Source of the DNA: Lingula anatina
Lineage: Eukaryota; Animalia; Brachiopoda
Reading direction: 5' to 3'
DNA: 64,000 nucleotides
Assembly (NCBI GenBank): GCA_051362555.1
Contig: CM120641.1
Location: 24,992,401 to 25,056,400, forward strand
This document shows positions 26,231 to 40,185 of this stretch, piece after piece. Every line of letters starts with the position of its first letter. Position 1 is the first letter of the stretch. Position numbers and translations under genes: made by a program. The notes below the pieces were generated by a model. That model was not told where the DNA came from, ran no database searches, and saw only the letters and a list, made by a program, of their open reading frames with translations.

Positions 26231-29200
26231 ATGTACAGACACAGATGTGTCTGTACATATAGCCGTCACCTGCGTCTGTCGTCGCCGTTGCCGTTGCCGT
26301 TGGCGTGCACTTTTACCGTAAACACGATAAGTGGAAAACGGTTTTACATTTTGACTTGAAACTTACAGAACTGATGAATATTCATAATATTCAGGTCAAA
26401 TTCGAAAATCAGCATGATCGGGCCATTTTTAGGGAAGTTATGCTGTTTTTTCACTTTTTTCAGCATATATGCAACACCGTAAACACGATAAGTGGAAAAC
26501 CGTTTTACCTTTTGGTTTGAAACTTACAGAACTGATGAATTTGTATAAAACGCAGGTCAAGTTCGAAAATTAGCATGATCGGGTCATTTTTAGGGAAGTT
26601 ATGCTTTTTTTTCACATTTTCTCTGATTCAATTCTTAGTCTGTCGTCGCCGTTGCCGTTGCCATTGCCATTGCCGTTGGCGTGCACTTTTACCGTAAACA
26701 CGATAAGTGGAAAACTGTTTTACCTTTTGGTTTGAAACTTACAGAACTGATGAATTTGTATAATACACAGGTCAAGTTCGAAAATCAGCATGATCGGGTC
26801 ATTTTTAGGGAAGTTTTGCTTTTTTTTCACTTTTTTCAGCATATATGCAACACCGTAAACACGATAAGTGGAAAACCGTTTTACCTTTTGGTTTGAAACT
26901 TACAGAACTGATGAATTTGTATAAAACGCAGGTCAAGTTCGAAAATTAGCATGATCGGGTCATTTTTAGGGAAGTTTTGCTTTTTTTTCACTTTTTTCAG
27001 CATATATGCAACACTGTAAACATGATAAGTGGAAAACCGTTTTACCTTTTGGTTTGAAACTTACAGAACTGATGAATATTTATAATACGCAGGTCAAGTT
27101 CGAAAATCAGCATGATTGGGTCATTTTTAGGGAAGTTATGCTTTTTTTTCACATTTTCTCTGATTCAATTTTTAGGCATGTTAATAGTCTCATTATTGAA
27201 CTAATAAGATATGTAAAAGTGTTTTTTTTTTGACATTTCCTACATCTTTACAACATTGTTAGTTGATTATGTAAAAATGATGGTAAATTTGTTATCGTGT
27301 ATTGTGTAATGAAGTGTCAAAAATGGAAATAAACACATATCATCGCAGTTTGTCAGATTCAATCATCCACTATGTTCAGAATCTCAGAATGGAGGAAATT
27401 GGACATTTAATACTGTTCTATTGATATTTTTCCCATCTCATCAATTTTCTTAGTTGGCCATATAAAAATGGCAGTAAACTGTTAATTTTGTTTTATGTTA
27501 AAAAAGTGTTAAAATGGAAATTAACCCATTTCAGAAAAGTGCTGTCTTGTTTACATTTTGGCATTTTCAAGATGTGACTTTGAAGTTCCATGGGCCTGAA
27601 GACCTTTGCTAGTCACATTTTCTGAATATCCATGATACTAATATTTTATTATTAAAAATTGATGGTCATTATGCTGTTAAACATTATGCAATATTGCATC
27701 AAAATTTGAAGAAACCCCTATTTTGGGCACTGCTCCCATGATGACCATTTAAGGAAAATCATGTCACTTACTGTTCTCAAACTTACAGGAAAGAAACATG
27801 GGACTAAAATACAGCTTCAGTAGGCAATGCAGTCTGTTTGGTAATTTTTTCTGGCAGTTAAACAGTTTTTTGTGAAAATTTAATTTTTCACATATTGGCA
27901 TTTTCAAGGTGTGACTTTGAAGTTCTATGATCCTGAAGACCTTTGCTTGTCACATTTTCTGAATGTCCATGTTACTAATATTCTATTATTAAAAATTGAT
28001 GGTCATTATGCTGTTAAACATTATGTAATGTTACATTAAAATTTGAAGAAACCCCTATTTTGGGCACTGCTCCCATGATGAGCACTTAAGGAATATCATG
28101 TCACTTACTGTTCTCAAACTTACAGGAAAGAAACATGGGACTAAAATACAGCTTCAGTAGGAAATGTAGTCTGTTTGGTAAATTTTTCTGGCAGTTAAAC
28201 AGTTTTTTGTGAAAATTTCATTTTTCACATATTGGCATTTTCAAGGTGTGACTTAGAACCTCCACGGGCTTGAAGACCCATGCTACTAGTAGTCACATTT
28301 TCTGAAAATCCATGATACGTGCATATTATTATTAAAAATTGATGGTCATTATGCTGTTAAGTATTATGTAATGTTGCATCAAAATAGAAGAAAACACAAT
28401 TTTTGGTGCTGCTGCCATGATAACCATTATGGGAAAACCGTGTTACTTATGACTATCAAACTTTCAAAAAAGAAACACAGGACTAAAATGCAGCCTGAGT
28501 TGGAAAAGCAGTCTAATTGGCTTCTTTTTCTGGAAGTTATACATTTTAGTGAAAAATTCATTATTATCGTGTTGGCATATTCATTGTGGGACTCGGAGCT
28601 CCCATGGACATGAAGCCGAATAGTAATCAAATTTTCTAAATGCCCATGCTATTTATAGTCAATAATCAAAAATTGTTGATAATTATTATATAATTTATTA
28701 TGTAATGTTACATCAAAATTGACAAAAATCTTTTTGCACTGCTACTGCAAACATTATGAAAAGAAAACTGTGTTACTTATTATTATTTTTAACTTACAAG
28801 TATGATTTTTAGGATTGGCATGCAGTTCAAATTAGAAAACCAGCTCAATTGGGTTATCTTTTATCATTGAATTCATGCAATTTTGTGTGAAATTTTCATT
28901 TTTCTCATTCTGGCACTTTCAAAGTATAAACTTGAACTCTGATGGGCCTGAAGCCTTATGCTTTTACTTTCGTTGGTGTTACCTGTTGTGCATAATTAAA
29001 ATTTGATGTTGACTGTGCAGTTAAACATAATGTATTGCATCAGAATTGGTAGTCTCCTATTTTGTGCATTATTGTTATGTGCTTTTCTTAAGATGTGACT
29101 TATGGGCCTGAAAGATCTTTGAGAGGGTCAGTCTGTAAATTTCCCTTGGGTATCACTTACCTAAGTTCAGAGTTATAAAGTCATTAATAGGCCATTAAAT

Positions 29201-29325
29201 GAGATTACATAAAGCACACTTGTTGATATTTCCCTGTAAACTCCCAAAGGTTAAGCTCTCTGCTAGATTAATAATAAGTAAGCAGTGATAATTATGCAGG
29301 TAAATTTTGTTTAATATTGCAAATA

Positions 29326-29384
<59 letters not shown>

Positions 29385-30211
29385 AAAAAGATTAAAAGTT
29401 TGAATGGCAGCATCATTGGAATTATATTTACCTCTGCCAAGGAGGTTATGTTTTCACCCCTGTTTGTCTGTCATCAACATAACTCAAAAAGTTACGGACC
29501 GATTTTGATGAAATTTTCAGGAACTGTCAGAAGTGGGCAAGGAGGACAATGATTAGTTTTTGGTCGTGGTCCGGATCAATAATCAATCAATAATAATCAA
29601 CAATTGCTGTCTTGGCAGAGGTCTGCGCTCTTCGAGTGCTTTTCTAGTTTTGTAATGTTTTCCTTTTTAATTTTTTCTCAAACACTGGCATTTGTGACTT
29701 TTAACTCTCATCTGCCTGAGGCTCTGCACATTTTCTATATTTCCACATAAGCAGTTGTATTGTTTTTTATGTCTTTAAACATTATGTAATATTATTTTAT
29801 GCACTGTCATCATTTTTCAAATATTGAGACTTTCATCATGAGAATTTGAACTCTCATGGTCCTGAAACTGTAATCTTACTGAAGGGGTGGATTGAGACCA
29901 TCTTCTGGGTCTTCCGGAAGACGGTCAGGTTATTAAGTTTATATTGACTGGTATCTATTTTTTTCTGTTGGAAGACCATAAAAATGGAGGATGGATCAAC
30001 ATAGATACTTTGGAATACTGTCAGAAAATATCTCTGGGTTCGCTCCTGTTATTGACCATGGTACCTGTTGTGCATGATTAAAATTCAGTGTTGACTGACA
30101 GTGCTATTATAAGCATTATTTATTATTGCATCAAAATTCACAAAATGACCTATTTTGCATCTTTATTTTCTGTTTTTTGTCTGTACATTTGACAGCTTTG
30201 CTGCCTTGTTT
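26231..30211 (+). mobile_element. Non-autonomous Helentron/HINE (DINE-1-like) family A, copy 1
   Basis: 5' palindrome ATGTACAGACACAGATGTGTCTGTACAT, (GCCGTY)n microsatellite, 161-bp tandem array, 338-bp tandem array, (TA)n, a nested short HINE, then 3' subTIR TGTCTGTACA with a CAGC-TTT-GCTG hairpin and CCTTGTTT. Inserted in a T-rich site with no TSD. Confidence 0.85.
29428..29649 (+). mobile_element. Short HINE family B nested in family A (also at 38806-39030, 58303-58532, 62778-63011)
   Basis: SubTIRs ACCTCTGCCAAG and CTTGGCAGAGGT, 3' hairpin GCGCTC-TTC-GAGTGC, terminal CTAG followed by TT. Confidence 0.8.
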
Positions 30212-30759
30212 AAAAGAACCACCTTTTATTGAATTTATATAAGGACAAGAATTACTTTTTTATCATTTTAAACAGATAATTAAATTCCATGATTTAATGT
30301 CACCCCCCCAAAAAATCTAGTTTATTATCTCCTTATGAACCTCACCACCTGTCAACACATTTTGAAAGTTTTGAATCTTGAGCAACCCAGAAGTCAGTGC
30401 TCAAAGTGATGGCAGAAACTGAATTGGTTGGTTAGCCAGAGAAAAAAATGCAAATTTCACCAGGAAAATTTGTTAGGTATGATTTTTGTCTTGGGAAAAT
30501 GTTTTGCTGGGCACCTTTAACTAAATGAAAAATTTATCAGATGATCATCCGTTTGTATTTCAGGATTTTCACTTAGTATTATGCCCATAATGACATTCCA
30601 AATAAAGCAGATAGAAAAGTGTCTCATTCAGAAAAACTTGAGCATTTGACAGATATGTTCTCATCAGGATTATTGCCTGGAAAAAGTTCCATGGATACCT
30701 TGGTGTTATGTGAAAAAATTTCTGACAATTTTTGATAATTATTCTATCCTAAAATTTTT

Positions 30760-33304
30760 ATGTACAGACACAGATGTGTCTGTACATATTGCCATCACCT
30801 GCGTCTGTCGTTGCCGTCGCCGTCGCCGTCGCCGATGCCGGCGCCGTGCACTTTCCTTGTAAACACGATAAGTGGAGGGCAGTTTTACTTTTTGGCTTTA
30901 TATTTACAGAGCTGATGAATATTCATAAAACGCAGGTCAAGTTCGAAAATCGGCATGATCGGGCCATTATTGTATAAGTTATGCTGTTTTCTTCACTTTT
31001 CAGCGTATATGCAACCCTGTAAACACATTTTAAGGAAAACCGTTAGGCCTGTTGTCATGAAACTCACAGGAATAATCAATTTTACTAAAACACAGGCCAA
31101 GGTCGAAAATCGGCTTGATCGGGCCACTATTTTAGTAGTTATGCTGTTTTTTTCATTTTTCAGCATATATGCAACACCGTAAACACAATATAAGAAAAAC
31201 AGATGGGCCAATTGTCATTAAACTCACAGGAGTGGTCAGTCTTACTAAAACGCAGGTTGAGTTCGAAAATCAGCATAATCGGGGCATTATTTTAGAAGTT
31301 ATACTGTTTTTTCACATTTCCTCAGATTCAACTCTTAGGCAATGTTAACAGTCTCATTACTGAACTAATAAGATATGTAAAAATGTTTGTTTGACATTTC
31401 CTGCATCTTTACAATATTGTTAGTTGATTATGTAAAAATGATGGTAAACTTGTTATCGTGTATTGTGTAATAAAGTGTCAAAAATGGAAATAAACTCATA
31501 TCATTGCAGTTTGTCAGATTCAATCATTCACTATGTTCAGAATCTCAAAATGGAGGAAATTGGACATTAAACACTATTCTATTGATATTTTTCCCATCTC
31601 ATCAATTTTCTTAGTTGATCATATAAAAATTGCAGTAAACTGTTTATTTTGTTTTATGTTAAAAAAAGTGTTAAAAATGGAAATAAACCCATGTCAGAAC
31701 AGTGCTGTCTTGTTTCACATTTCCTCAGATTCATCTCTTAGGCATGTTAACAGTCTCATTATTTAACTAATAAGACATGTAAAAGTGTTTGTTTGACATT
31801 TCCTGCATCTTTATATCATTGTTAGTTGATTATGTAAAAATGATGGTAAACTTGTTATCGTGTATTGTGTAATAAAGTTTCAAAAATGGAAATAAACTCA
31901 TATCATTGCAGTTTGTCAGATTCAATCATTTACTATGTTCAGAATCTTAGAATGGAGGAAATTGGACATTTAACACTGCTGTATTGATATTTTTCCCATC
32001 TCATCAATTTTCTTAGTTGATCGTATAAAAATGGCAGTAACCTGTTAATTTTGTTTTATGTTAAAAAAATTGTTAAAAATGAAAAAAAAAAAAAAAACAT
32101 TTAAGAACAGTGCTATTTTGTTTACATTTTGGCATTTTCAAGTTGTGACTTTGAAGTTCCATAGGCCTGAAGACCTTTGCTAGTCACATTTTCTGAATAT
32201 CCATGATACTAATATTATATTTTTAAAAATTGATGGTCATTATGCTGTTAAACATTATGTAATATTGCATCAAATTTTGAAAAAAAACTATTTTGGGCAC
32301 TGCTCCCATGATGACCATTTAAGAAAAACCATGTCACTTACTGTTCTCAAACAGTACAGTAAATATGTACAGATGTGTTTGTACATATTGCCATCACCTG
32401 CGTCTGTCGTCGCCGTCGCTGTCGCCAGCGCCAGCGCCGTGCACTTTCATTGTAAACACGATAAGTGGAGGGCAGTTTTACTTTTTGGCTTAATATTTAC
32501 AGAGCTGATGAATATTCATAAAACGCAGGTCAAGTTCGAAAATCAGCATGATCGGGCCATTATTGTATAAGTTATGCTGTTTTTTTCACATTTCCTCAGA
32601 TTCAGTTCTTAGGCAATGTTAACAAAAAAACTATTTTGGCCACTGCTCCCATGATGACCATTTAAGAAAAACCATGTCACTTACTGTTCTTAAACTTACA
32701 GGTAAGAAACATGGGATTAAAATACAGCTTCAGTAGGCAATGCAGTCTGTTTGGTAATTCTTACTGCCAGTTAAACAGTTTTTTTTTGTGAAAATTTAAT
32801 TTTTCACATATTGGCATTTCCAAGGTGTGACTTTGAAGTTCCACAAGCTTGAAGACCCATGCTAGTCACATTTTCTGAAAATCCATGATACGTATATTTT
32901 GTTATTAAAGATTGACGTACATCATGCTGTTAAGCATTATGTAATATGTCATCAGAATAGAAGAAAACACAATTTTGGGTGCTGCTGCCATGATGACCAT
33001 TATGGGAAAATCATGTTACTTATGATTGCCAAACTTTCATAAAAGAAATACAGGACCAAAATGCAGCCTGAGTTGGAAAAGCTGTCTAATTGGCTTCTTT
33101 TTCTGGAAGTTATACATTTTCAAATTGTGAACTTGTTACACATTTTACTTACATTGATATTACCTGTTGAGCATAATTAAAATTTGATGTTGAATTTGCA
33201 GTTTAACATAATGTACTTTTGCATCAGAATTGACAGTAGCCTATTTTGTGGATCGTTATTTCCTGTTTTTTGTCTGTACATTTGACAGCTTTGCTGCCTT
33301 GTTT
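30760..33304 (+). mobile_element. HINE family A, copy 2 (rearranged; internal 5'-end restart near 32364)
   Basis: Same 5' palindrome, microsatellite and 3' end as copy 1, with internal duplications and deletions. Confidence 0.85.
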
Positions 33305-35497
33305 AAATTGCAGCCTATTTTATTTTTGTTGTTTCAGAGGCATTGCAAAATATATAAAGTGGGGAGGAGACTTGAGGAGGCTTCAAGATTCAGATATTGG
33401 ATTAAGGTAGGTGGGGTGGGTGGGATTGGAGCAGAAGTTATGTGCTAATCCCACCTGTAGATGAAAAAAATTGTGTATGTGTGTGTAGGAATTGGTACCA
33501 TGGAATGAATCGTCACTTTAAGTCCTCCAGCTAGAATACATTTATGATATTTTCTATATACTATACTGCAAAGACTTTTCATATATAGAGTGCTAGGGGC
33601 TACTGTCCACTCCAGCTAATTACTGAAGTTGATTTCCAATCTGAGAAAAGATATTTGAAAGATCTAGTGGTGATCACTCTAAGAACAGGCTTGTCGGTTC
33701 AACAACAGGGCCAGGGTCTTTAACTCATAACATAGTTATAATTTGTTTGTAAGTTGAATTTCCATGTAAGGCAGGGCACCCCTAAATAAGGGCAGTTGTC
33801 CATCACCAGCACAAAAGCCAAAGCAAAGCCATTATTTTGCACATAAAAACACACTGGAAAAAACTTGCTTCTCCATTTTGATAATCTGGCTTTCATTATT
33901 TAAATTTTTACATTTCTAGACATTCAAGATGAAACTTTCACTTGGTAAATAATCTGTCAGCAGTGGTTTCTATGGACATTGTACCATGTGATGTCTTTTT
34001 GGAAATGTTTTAAGAGTCTTGACCCAGATTTTGTAAGTCCTTCCACAGTGAACCACCTAACAAACCTGTTTAATACAGGTGTAAATGTATTGTGAAAAAA
34101 ATTATTTACCTTGAACACAAAAAGTGGTGGAAATCAAAACCAAACGCCTTTGGAGGCATCTACCCTGTTCCAATATTATTATAGACACAGGCTGAATAAA
34201 ATGCCTAGCTGAAATGACAAAATGAGAAAAGAGAAAAGCCCCCTGCTTTGATTATACTTCAACAACCCTTTGCATAGCAAAAAAGAGTGACTTTGAAAAT
34301 AAGTAAGGAATTTGTTGGTAAACATGTAATACACATATTTTGCAGTGCTCTTTTAATGCACTGATAATTCCAGATGTTTAGGTGCTGATGAAGTTTCTTT
34401 ACATGTAAAATATTAAAATATGAGGTAGTACATGATCCTTTGCTGGCTATAAATCTTTGGTAGAACTTTCCAGAAGTTTTTTTAGCTGACCCTTGGGCAT
34501 GGGAGCCATGCTTTCAGACAAATTACATACATGTGCATGTAAGAGCAATGAAAGCAAGGGTGTTTGATAAATAAACAATGATTTCAAAAGAAAACAATAG
34601 AGAATCAACATACACTGTTTGCCAATGTAGAACTTTAGTTGGACACATTGTACAGCATAAAGCTGATTGCTTACTAACTGGGACCACTCTGTAGCTCAAA
34701 TTGACAGAAAATATGTGAGGAAACTGTAGGGCCTACTTTCTTTCTTTTTGGTAGCCTACCCTTTTGATATGAATGTAAAGAAATTAAATGCTCTTTAAAG
34801 TTTTGAGGTAATGCTTTGTGTTACATTACTGACACTTTTTTTCCGCAGAAACATTTAAAGAATAAGAGTAAGAAAAATGAAGTTGCTCATCCTTATATGT
34901 GTACAGTATAAATATTACAAGTTGTGGCAGTTTGTATGATTTTAGTTTGATAACTTAAAACTAAAAAAGCAACATCTGTTTGGGCCATGACAACATATTG
35001 AAAAAAAGATACAGCTGTGCACAGCAGTCGGAGATCGGTACATTCCACTTGTTAGTTACGAACTACTTCCTGGTTTTCACAAGGTCCTTCAAGACCTCTA
35101 AAACATCGTTGTAATTGCAGCCCATACCATAAAACACCCAAAAATACTTAGATATGGACATATCGGATTATATTAATGCCAAATTTCCACATGGCAACGA
35201 TTTATAGACTCCCGGGAATTATTTTCCCTTTACGCTTTTTGTCGCGCTGGCGGTCGACGCAGCATTTATTTCTAAACAAGTTGACCGCAAATTAAGCACG
35301 ATTTTGCACCTTCAAGTTCCGTGTCACATTTTCATATCATGTATTTATTATTTCTACAAGTTTTCTCTGCCCAAAATGCGTAAAAAAAGAGAGTTATCTT
35401 ACCATGTTCTTTAGAAAACTTCTTTTTCCTCCGACAACCCATCTTCACTGCCGTTCATCTCTATGTTAAAATGACCACTCAGCTTCGTTTCTAACAC

Positions 35498-35535
35498 CAC
35501 TGCACGTCACTTCCGGCACAATTCTGACCAATGCT
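35498..35535 (-). promoter_or_regulatory. Candidate promoter (ETS + CRE-like + CCAAT) in a CpG-rich patch
   Basis: The plus strand reads CACGTCACTTCCGGC (minus strand GCCGGAAGTGACGTG) and GACCAATG. A minus-strand donor ATG|GTAAG lies at 35402/35401. Confidence 0.45.
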
Positions 35536-35726
35536 GATCTTCTCCGGTTCCCTTTATTGCTACCACAGGTTTAAGTCTTAAGGGTAAATATAACTATCAC
35601 AACATCTACATAACTTGGTGAAATACTGTCCTTAATACAGATGCAAATTATGAAATAATCTCAAAGGCAATGGGATTGATACAATATGTTGCTGAATGTT
35701 CTGTTTGCATATTTGAGAAAATAATT

Positions 35727-38708
35727 ATGTACAGACACAGATGTGTCTTTACATATAGCCATCATCTGCGTCTGTCGTCGTCGCCGTCGTCGCCGTCCTT
35801 GCCGTCGTGCACTTTTACCGATAACACGATAAGTGGAAAACTGTTTTTTATTTCAGCTTGAAATTTACAGAATTGATGAATATTCATAATACGCTGGTCA
35901 AGTTCAAAAATCAGCATGATCGGGTGACTTGTAGGGAAGTTATGCCGTTTTTTTCACTTTTTTCAGCATATATGCAGCACCGATAACACGATAAGTGGAA
36001 AACCATTTTACCTTTTGCCTTGAAACTTACAGAACTGCTGAATATTCATAATAGGCAGGTCAAGTTCGAAAATCAGCATGATCGGGTCATTTTTAGGGAA
36101 GTTATGCTGTTTTTCACTTTTTTCAGCATATATGCAACACTGATAACATAAGTGAAAAATCATTTTACCTTTTGGCTTGAAACTTGCAGAACTAATGAAT
36201 ATTCATATTACGCAGGTCAAGTTCGAAAATCAGCATGATCAGGTCATTTTCAGGGTAGTTATGCTGTTTTTTCACTCTTTTCAGCATATATGCAACACCG
36301 TAAACACGATAAGTGGAAAACAGTTTTACCTTTTGGCTTGAAACTTACAGAACTGATGAATATTTATAATACGCCGGTCAAGTTCGAAAATCAGCATGAT
36401 CGGGTCATTTTTAGGGAAGTTATGCTTTTTTTTCACTTTTTTCAGCATATATGCAACTCCGTAAACATGTTAAGTGGAAAACCGTTTTACCTTTTGGCTT
36501 GAAAGTTACAGAACTGATGAATATTCATAATACGCCAGTCAAGTTCGAAAATCAGCATGATCGGGTCATTTTTAGGGAAGTTATGCTTTTTTTTTCATTT
36601 TTTTCAGCATATATGCAACACTGATAACACAATATAAGAAAAACAGATAGGCCAATTGTCATTGTACTCGCAGGAGTGGTCAATCTTACTAAAACATAGG
36701 TTGAGTATGAAAATCAGCATAATCGGGCCATTATTTTAGAAGTTATGCTTTTTTTTTCACATTTCCTTAGATTCAATTCTTAGGCATGTTAATAGTCTCA
36801 TTATTGAACTAATAAGATACGTAAAAGTGTTTGTTTGACATTTCCTGCATCTTTACAACATTGTCAGTTGATTATGTAAAAATGATGGTAAATTTGTTAT
36901 CGTGTATTGTGTAATGAAGTGTCAAAAATGGAAATAAACACATATCATTGCAGTTTGTCAGATTCAATCATCCACTATGTTCAGAATCTCAGAATGGAGG
37001 AAATTGGACATTTAACACTGTTCTATTGATATTTTTCCCATCTCATCAATTTTATTAGTTGGTCATATAAAAATGGCAGTAAACTGTAAATTATGTTTTA
37101 TGTTAAAAAAGTGTTAAAAATGGAAATAAACCCATTTCAGAAAAGTGCTGTCTTGTTTACATTTTGACATTTTCAAGATGTGACTTTGAAGTTCCATGGT
37201 CCTGAAGACCTTTGCTAGTCACATTTTCTGAATATCCATGATACTAATATTTTATTATTAAAAATTGATGGTTATTATGCTGCTAAGCATTATGTAATAT
37301 TGCATCCAAATTTGCAGAAACCCCTATTTTGGGCACTGCTCCCATGATGATCATTTAAGGAAAATAATGTCACTCACTGTTCTCAAACTTACAGGAAAGA
37401 AGCATGGGACTAAAATATAGCTTCAGTAGGCAATGCAGTCTGTTTGGTAAATTTTTCTGGCAATTAAACAGTTTTTTGTGAAAATTTAATTTTTCACTTA
37501 TTGGCATTTTCAAGGTGTGACTTAGAACCTCCACGGTCTTGAAGACCTTTGCTAGTCACATTTTCTGAATATCCAAGATACTAATATTTTATTAAAAATT
37601 GATGGTCATTTTGCTGTTAAACATTATGTAATGTTGCATCAAAATAGAAGAAAACACAAATTTTGGTGTTGCTGCCATGATGACCATTATGGGAAAACCA
37701 TGTTACTTATGACTGTCAAACTTTCAAAAAAAGAAACACAGGACTAAAATGCAGCCTGAGTTGGAAAAGCAGTCTAATTAGCCTCTTTTTCTGGAAGTTA
37801 TACATTTTAGTGAAATATTCATTATTATCTTTTTGGCATATTCATTGTGGGACTCAGAACTCCCATGGACATGAAGCTGAATGGTAATCAAATTTTCTAC
37901 ATGTCCTTGCTATTTACAGTCAATAATAAAAAATTGGTGATAATTATTCTATAATTTATTATGTAATGTTACATCAAAATTGACAAAAATCTTTTTGCAC
38001 TGCTACTGCAAACATTATGAAATAAAACTGTGTTACCTATTATTATTTTTAACATACAAGTATGATTTTTAGGATTGGCATGCAGTTCAAATTAGAAGGC
38101 CAGGTCAATTGGTCAGTTCTTTTATTATTGAATTTATGCAGTTTTGTGTGAAATTTTCATTTTTCTCATTCTGGCACTTTCTAAGTATAAACTTGAACTC
38201 TGATGGGCGTGAAGCCTTATGCTTTTACTTTCGTCGATGTTACCTGTTGTGCATAATTAAAATTTGATATTGACTGTGCAGTTAAACATAATGTATTATT
38301 GCATCAGAATTGGTAGTCTCCTATTTTGTACATTATTGTTTTGTGCTTTTCTTAAGATGTGACTTATGGGCCTGAAAGACCTTTGAGAGGGTCAGTCTGT
38401 AAATTTCCCTTGGGTATCACTTACCTAAGTTCAGAGTTATAAAGTCATTTGCCTAATTAATAGGTCTTTAAATGAGATTACATAAAGCACACTTGTTGAT
38501 ATTTCCCTGTAATTGTAAACTCCCAAAGGTTAAGCTCTCTGCTAGATTAATAATAAGGAAGCAGTGATAATTATGCAGGTAAATTTTGTGTAATATTGCA
38601 AATAAGTTATATATATAACTATATATATATATAACTTATTTGCAATATTACACAAAATTTACCTGCCTAATTATCACATTATAACTTATATATAACTATA
38701 TATATAAG

Positions 38709-38763
<55 letters not shown>

Positions 38764-39590
38764 CGAAGATTAACAGTTTGAATAGCAGCTTCATTGGAAT
38801 TATATTTACCTCTTCCAAGGAGGTTATGTTTTCACCCCTGTCTGTCATCAACATAACTCAAAAAGTTACAGACCGATTTTGATGAAATTTTCAGGAACTG
38901 TCGGAAGTGGGCAAGGAGGACAATGATTAGTTTTTGGTGGTGGTCCGGATCAATAATCAATCAATAAGCAATAATAATCAACAATTGCTGTCTTGGCAGA
39001 GGTCTGCGCTCTCGGAGTGCTTTTCTAGTTTTGTTATGTTTTCCTTTTTAATTTTCAAACACTGGCATTTGTGACTTTTAACTCTCATCCGCCTGAGGCT
39101 CTGCACATTTTCTGTATTTCCACATAAGCAGTTGTATTGTTTTTTATGTCTTTAAACATTATGTAATATTATTTTATGCACTGTCATCATTTTTCAAATA
39201 TTGAGACTTTCATCATGTGAATTAGAACTCTCATGGTCCTGAAACTGTAATCTTATTGAAGGGGTGGATTGATACCATCTTCTGGGTCTTCCAGAAGACG
39301 GTCAGGTTATTAAGTTTATATTGACTGGTATCTATTTTTTTTTCTGTTGGCAGACCATAAAAATGGGGGATGGATCAACATAGATACTTTGGAATACTGT
39401 CAGAAAATATCTCTGGGTTCGCTCCTGTTATTGACCATGGTACCTGTTGTGCATGATTAAAATTCAGTGTTGACTGACAATGCTATTATAAGCATTATTT
39501 ATAATTGCATCAAAATTGACAAAATGACCTATTTTGCATCTTTATTTTCTGTTTTTTGTCTGTACATTTGACAGCTTTGCTGCCTTGTTT
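35727..39590 (+). mobile_element. HINE family A, copy 3
   Basis: Same termini; about 5-6 copies of the 161-bp unit, 338-bp units, and a nested family B element. Confidence 0.85.
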
Positions 39591-40185
39591 TTATATTGTT
39601 GCTGTCTCTGAACAACCTAGCTTTTCACAAATTAAAACTGGATTAAAAAACTCCTGCATGCTGTTTCCCTCTGATCTACCATGATGGTCAAATGTCCACT
39701 TCACTTACATACATCATCATGGCTTATGCTGGATAAAATGATTTTTTTGTGCCCTCTTTTGGAGAAACTGGGCAGTAAACTGGTTCTGAGGCCAGCCTTG
39801 GTTCACAAAATGAGTGAGCATGAATATTCTTAATCTGATATGATCACTGACTGATATACCTGGATCAGATCATTATAGGACCACTTTTTATTTGTCTCAG
39901 GTTGAAAAAAAAATGATTTGGCAGAGATAAATTTCACATTTTGCCCACAGTTAAGTTTCTCAAATGACTTGCATTTAGTTCCCATACATTTGCAACGGTT
40001 ACTCCCGTAATTAAGAATATGCTGGTATATTCCCTTAAATAAAGGGTAGTTTGCTATGAAGTACAGAATAATACAACAAGTCCAAAATGTTTCTTATTTC
40101 TACAGTGATATTGGGTTACTTATCTCTGGCATGAACAAAGGAACTGTGCTGATCAAAATAATTCATAACAGGTATAGCTGACATA

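Noticed and set aside
26305-27233. Recurrent short ORFs (MHFYRKHDKWK..., MQHRKHDKWK..., MLHQNRRKHNF...)
   Set aside because: Chance frames in satellite units of the HINE; copies differ by frameshifting indels.
29878-30060. GC-richer segment inside HINE family A, possibly a captured gene fragment
   Set aside because: The frames I translated contain stops and no recognisable motif.
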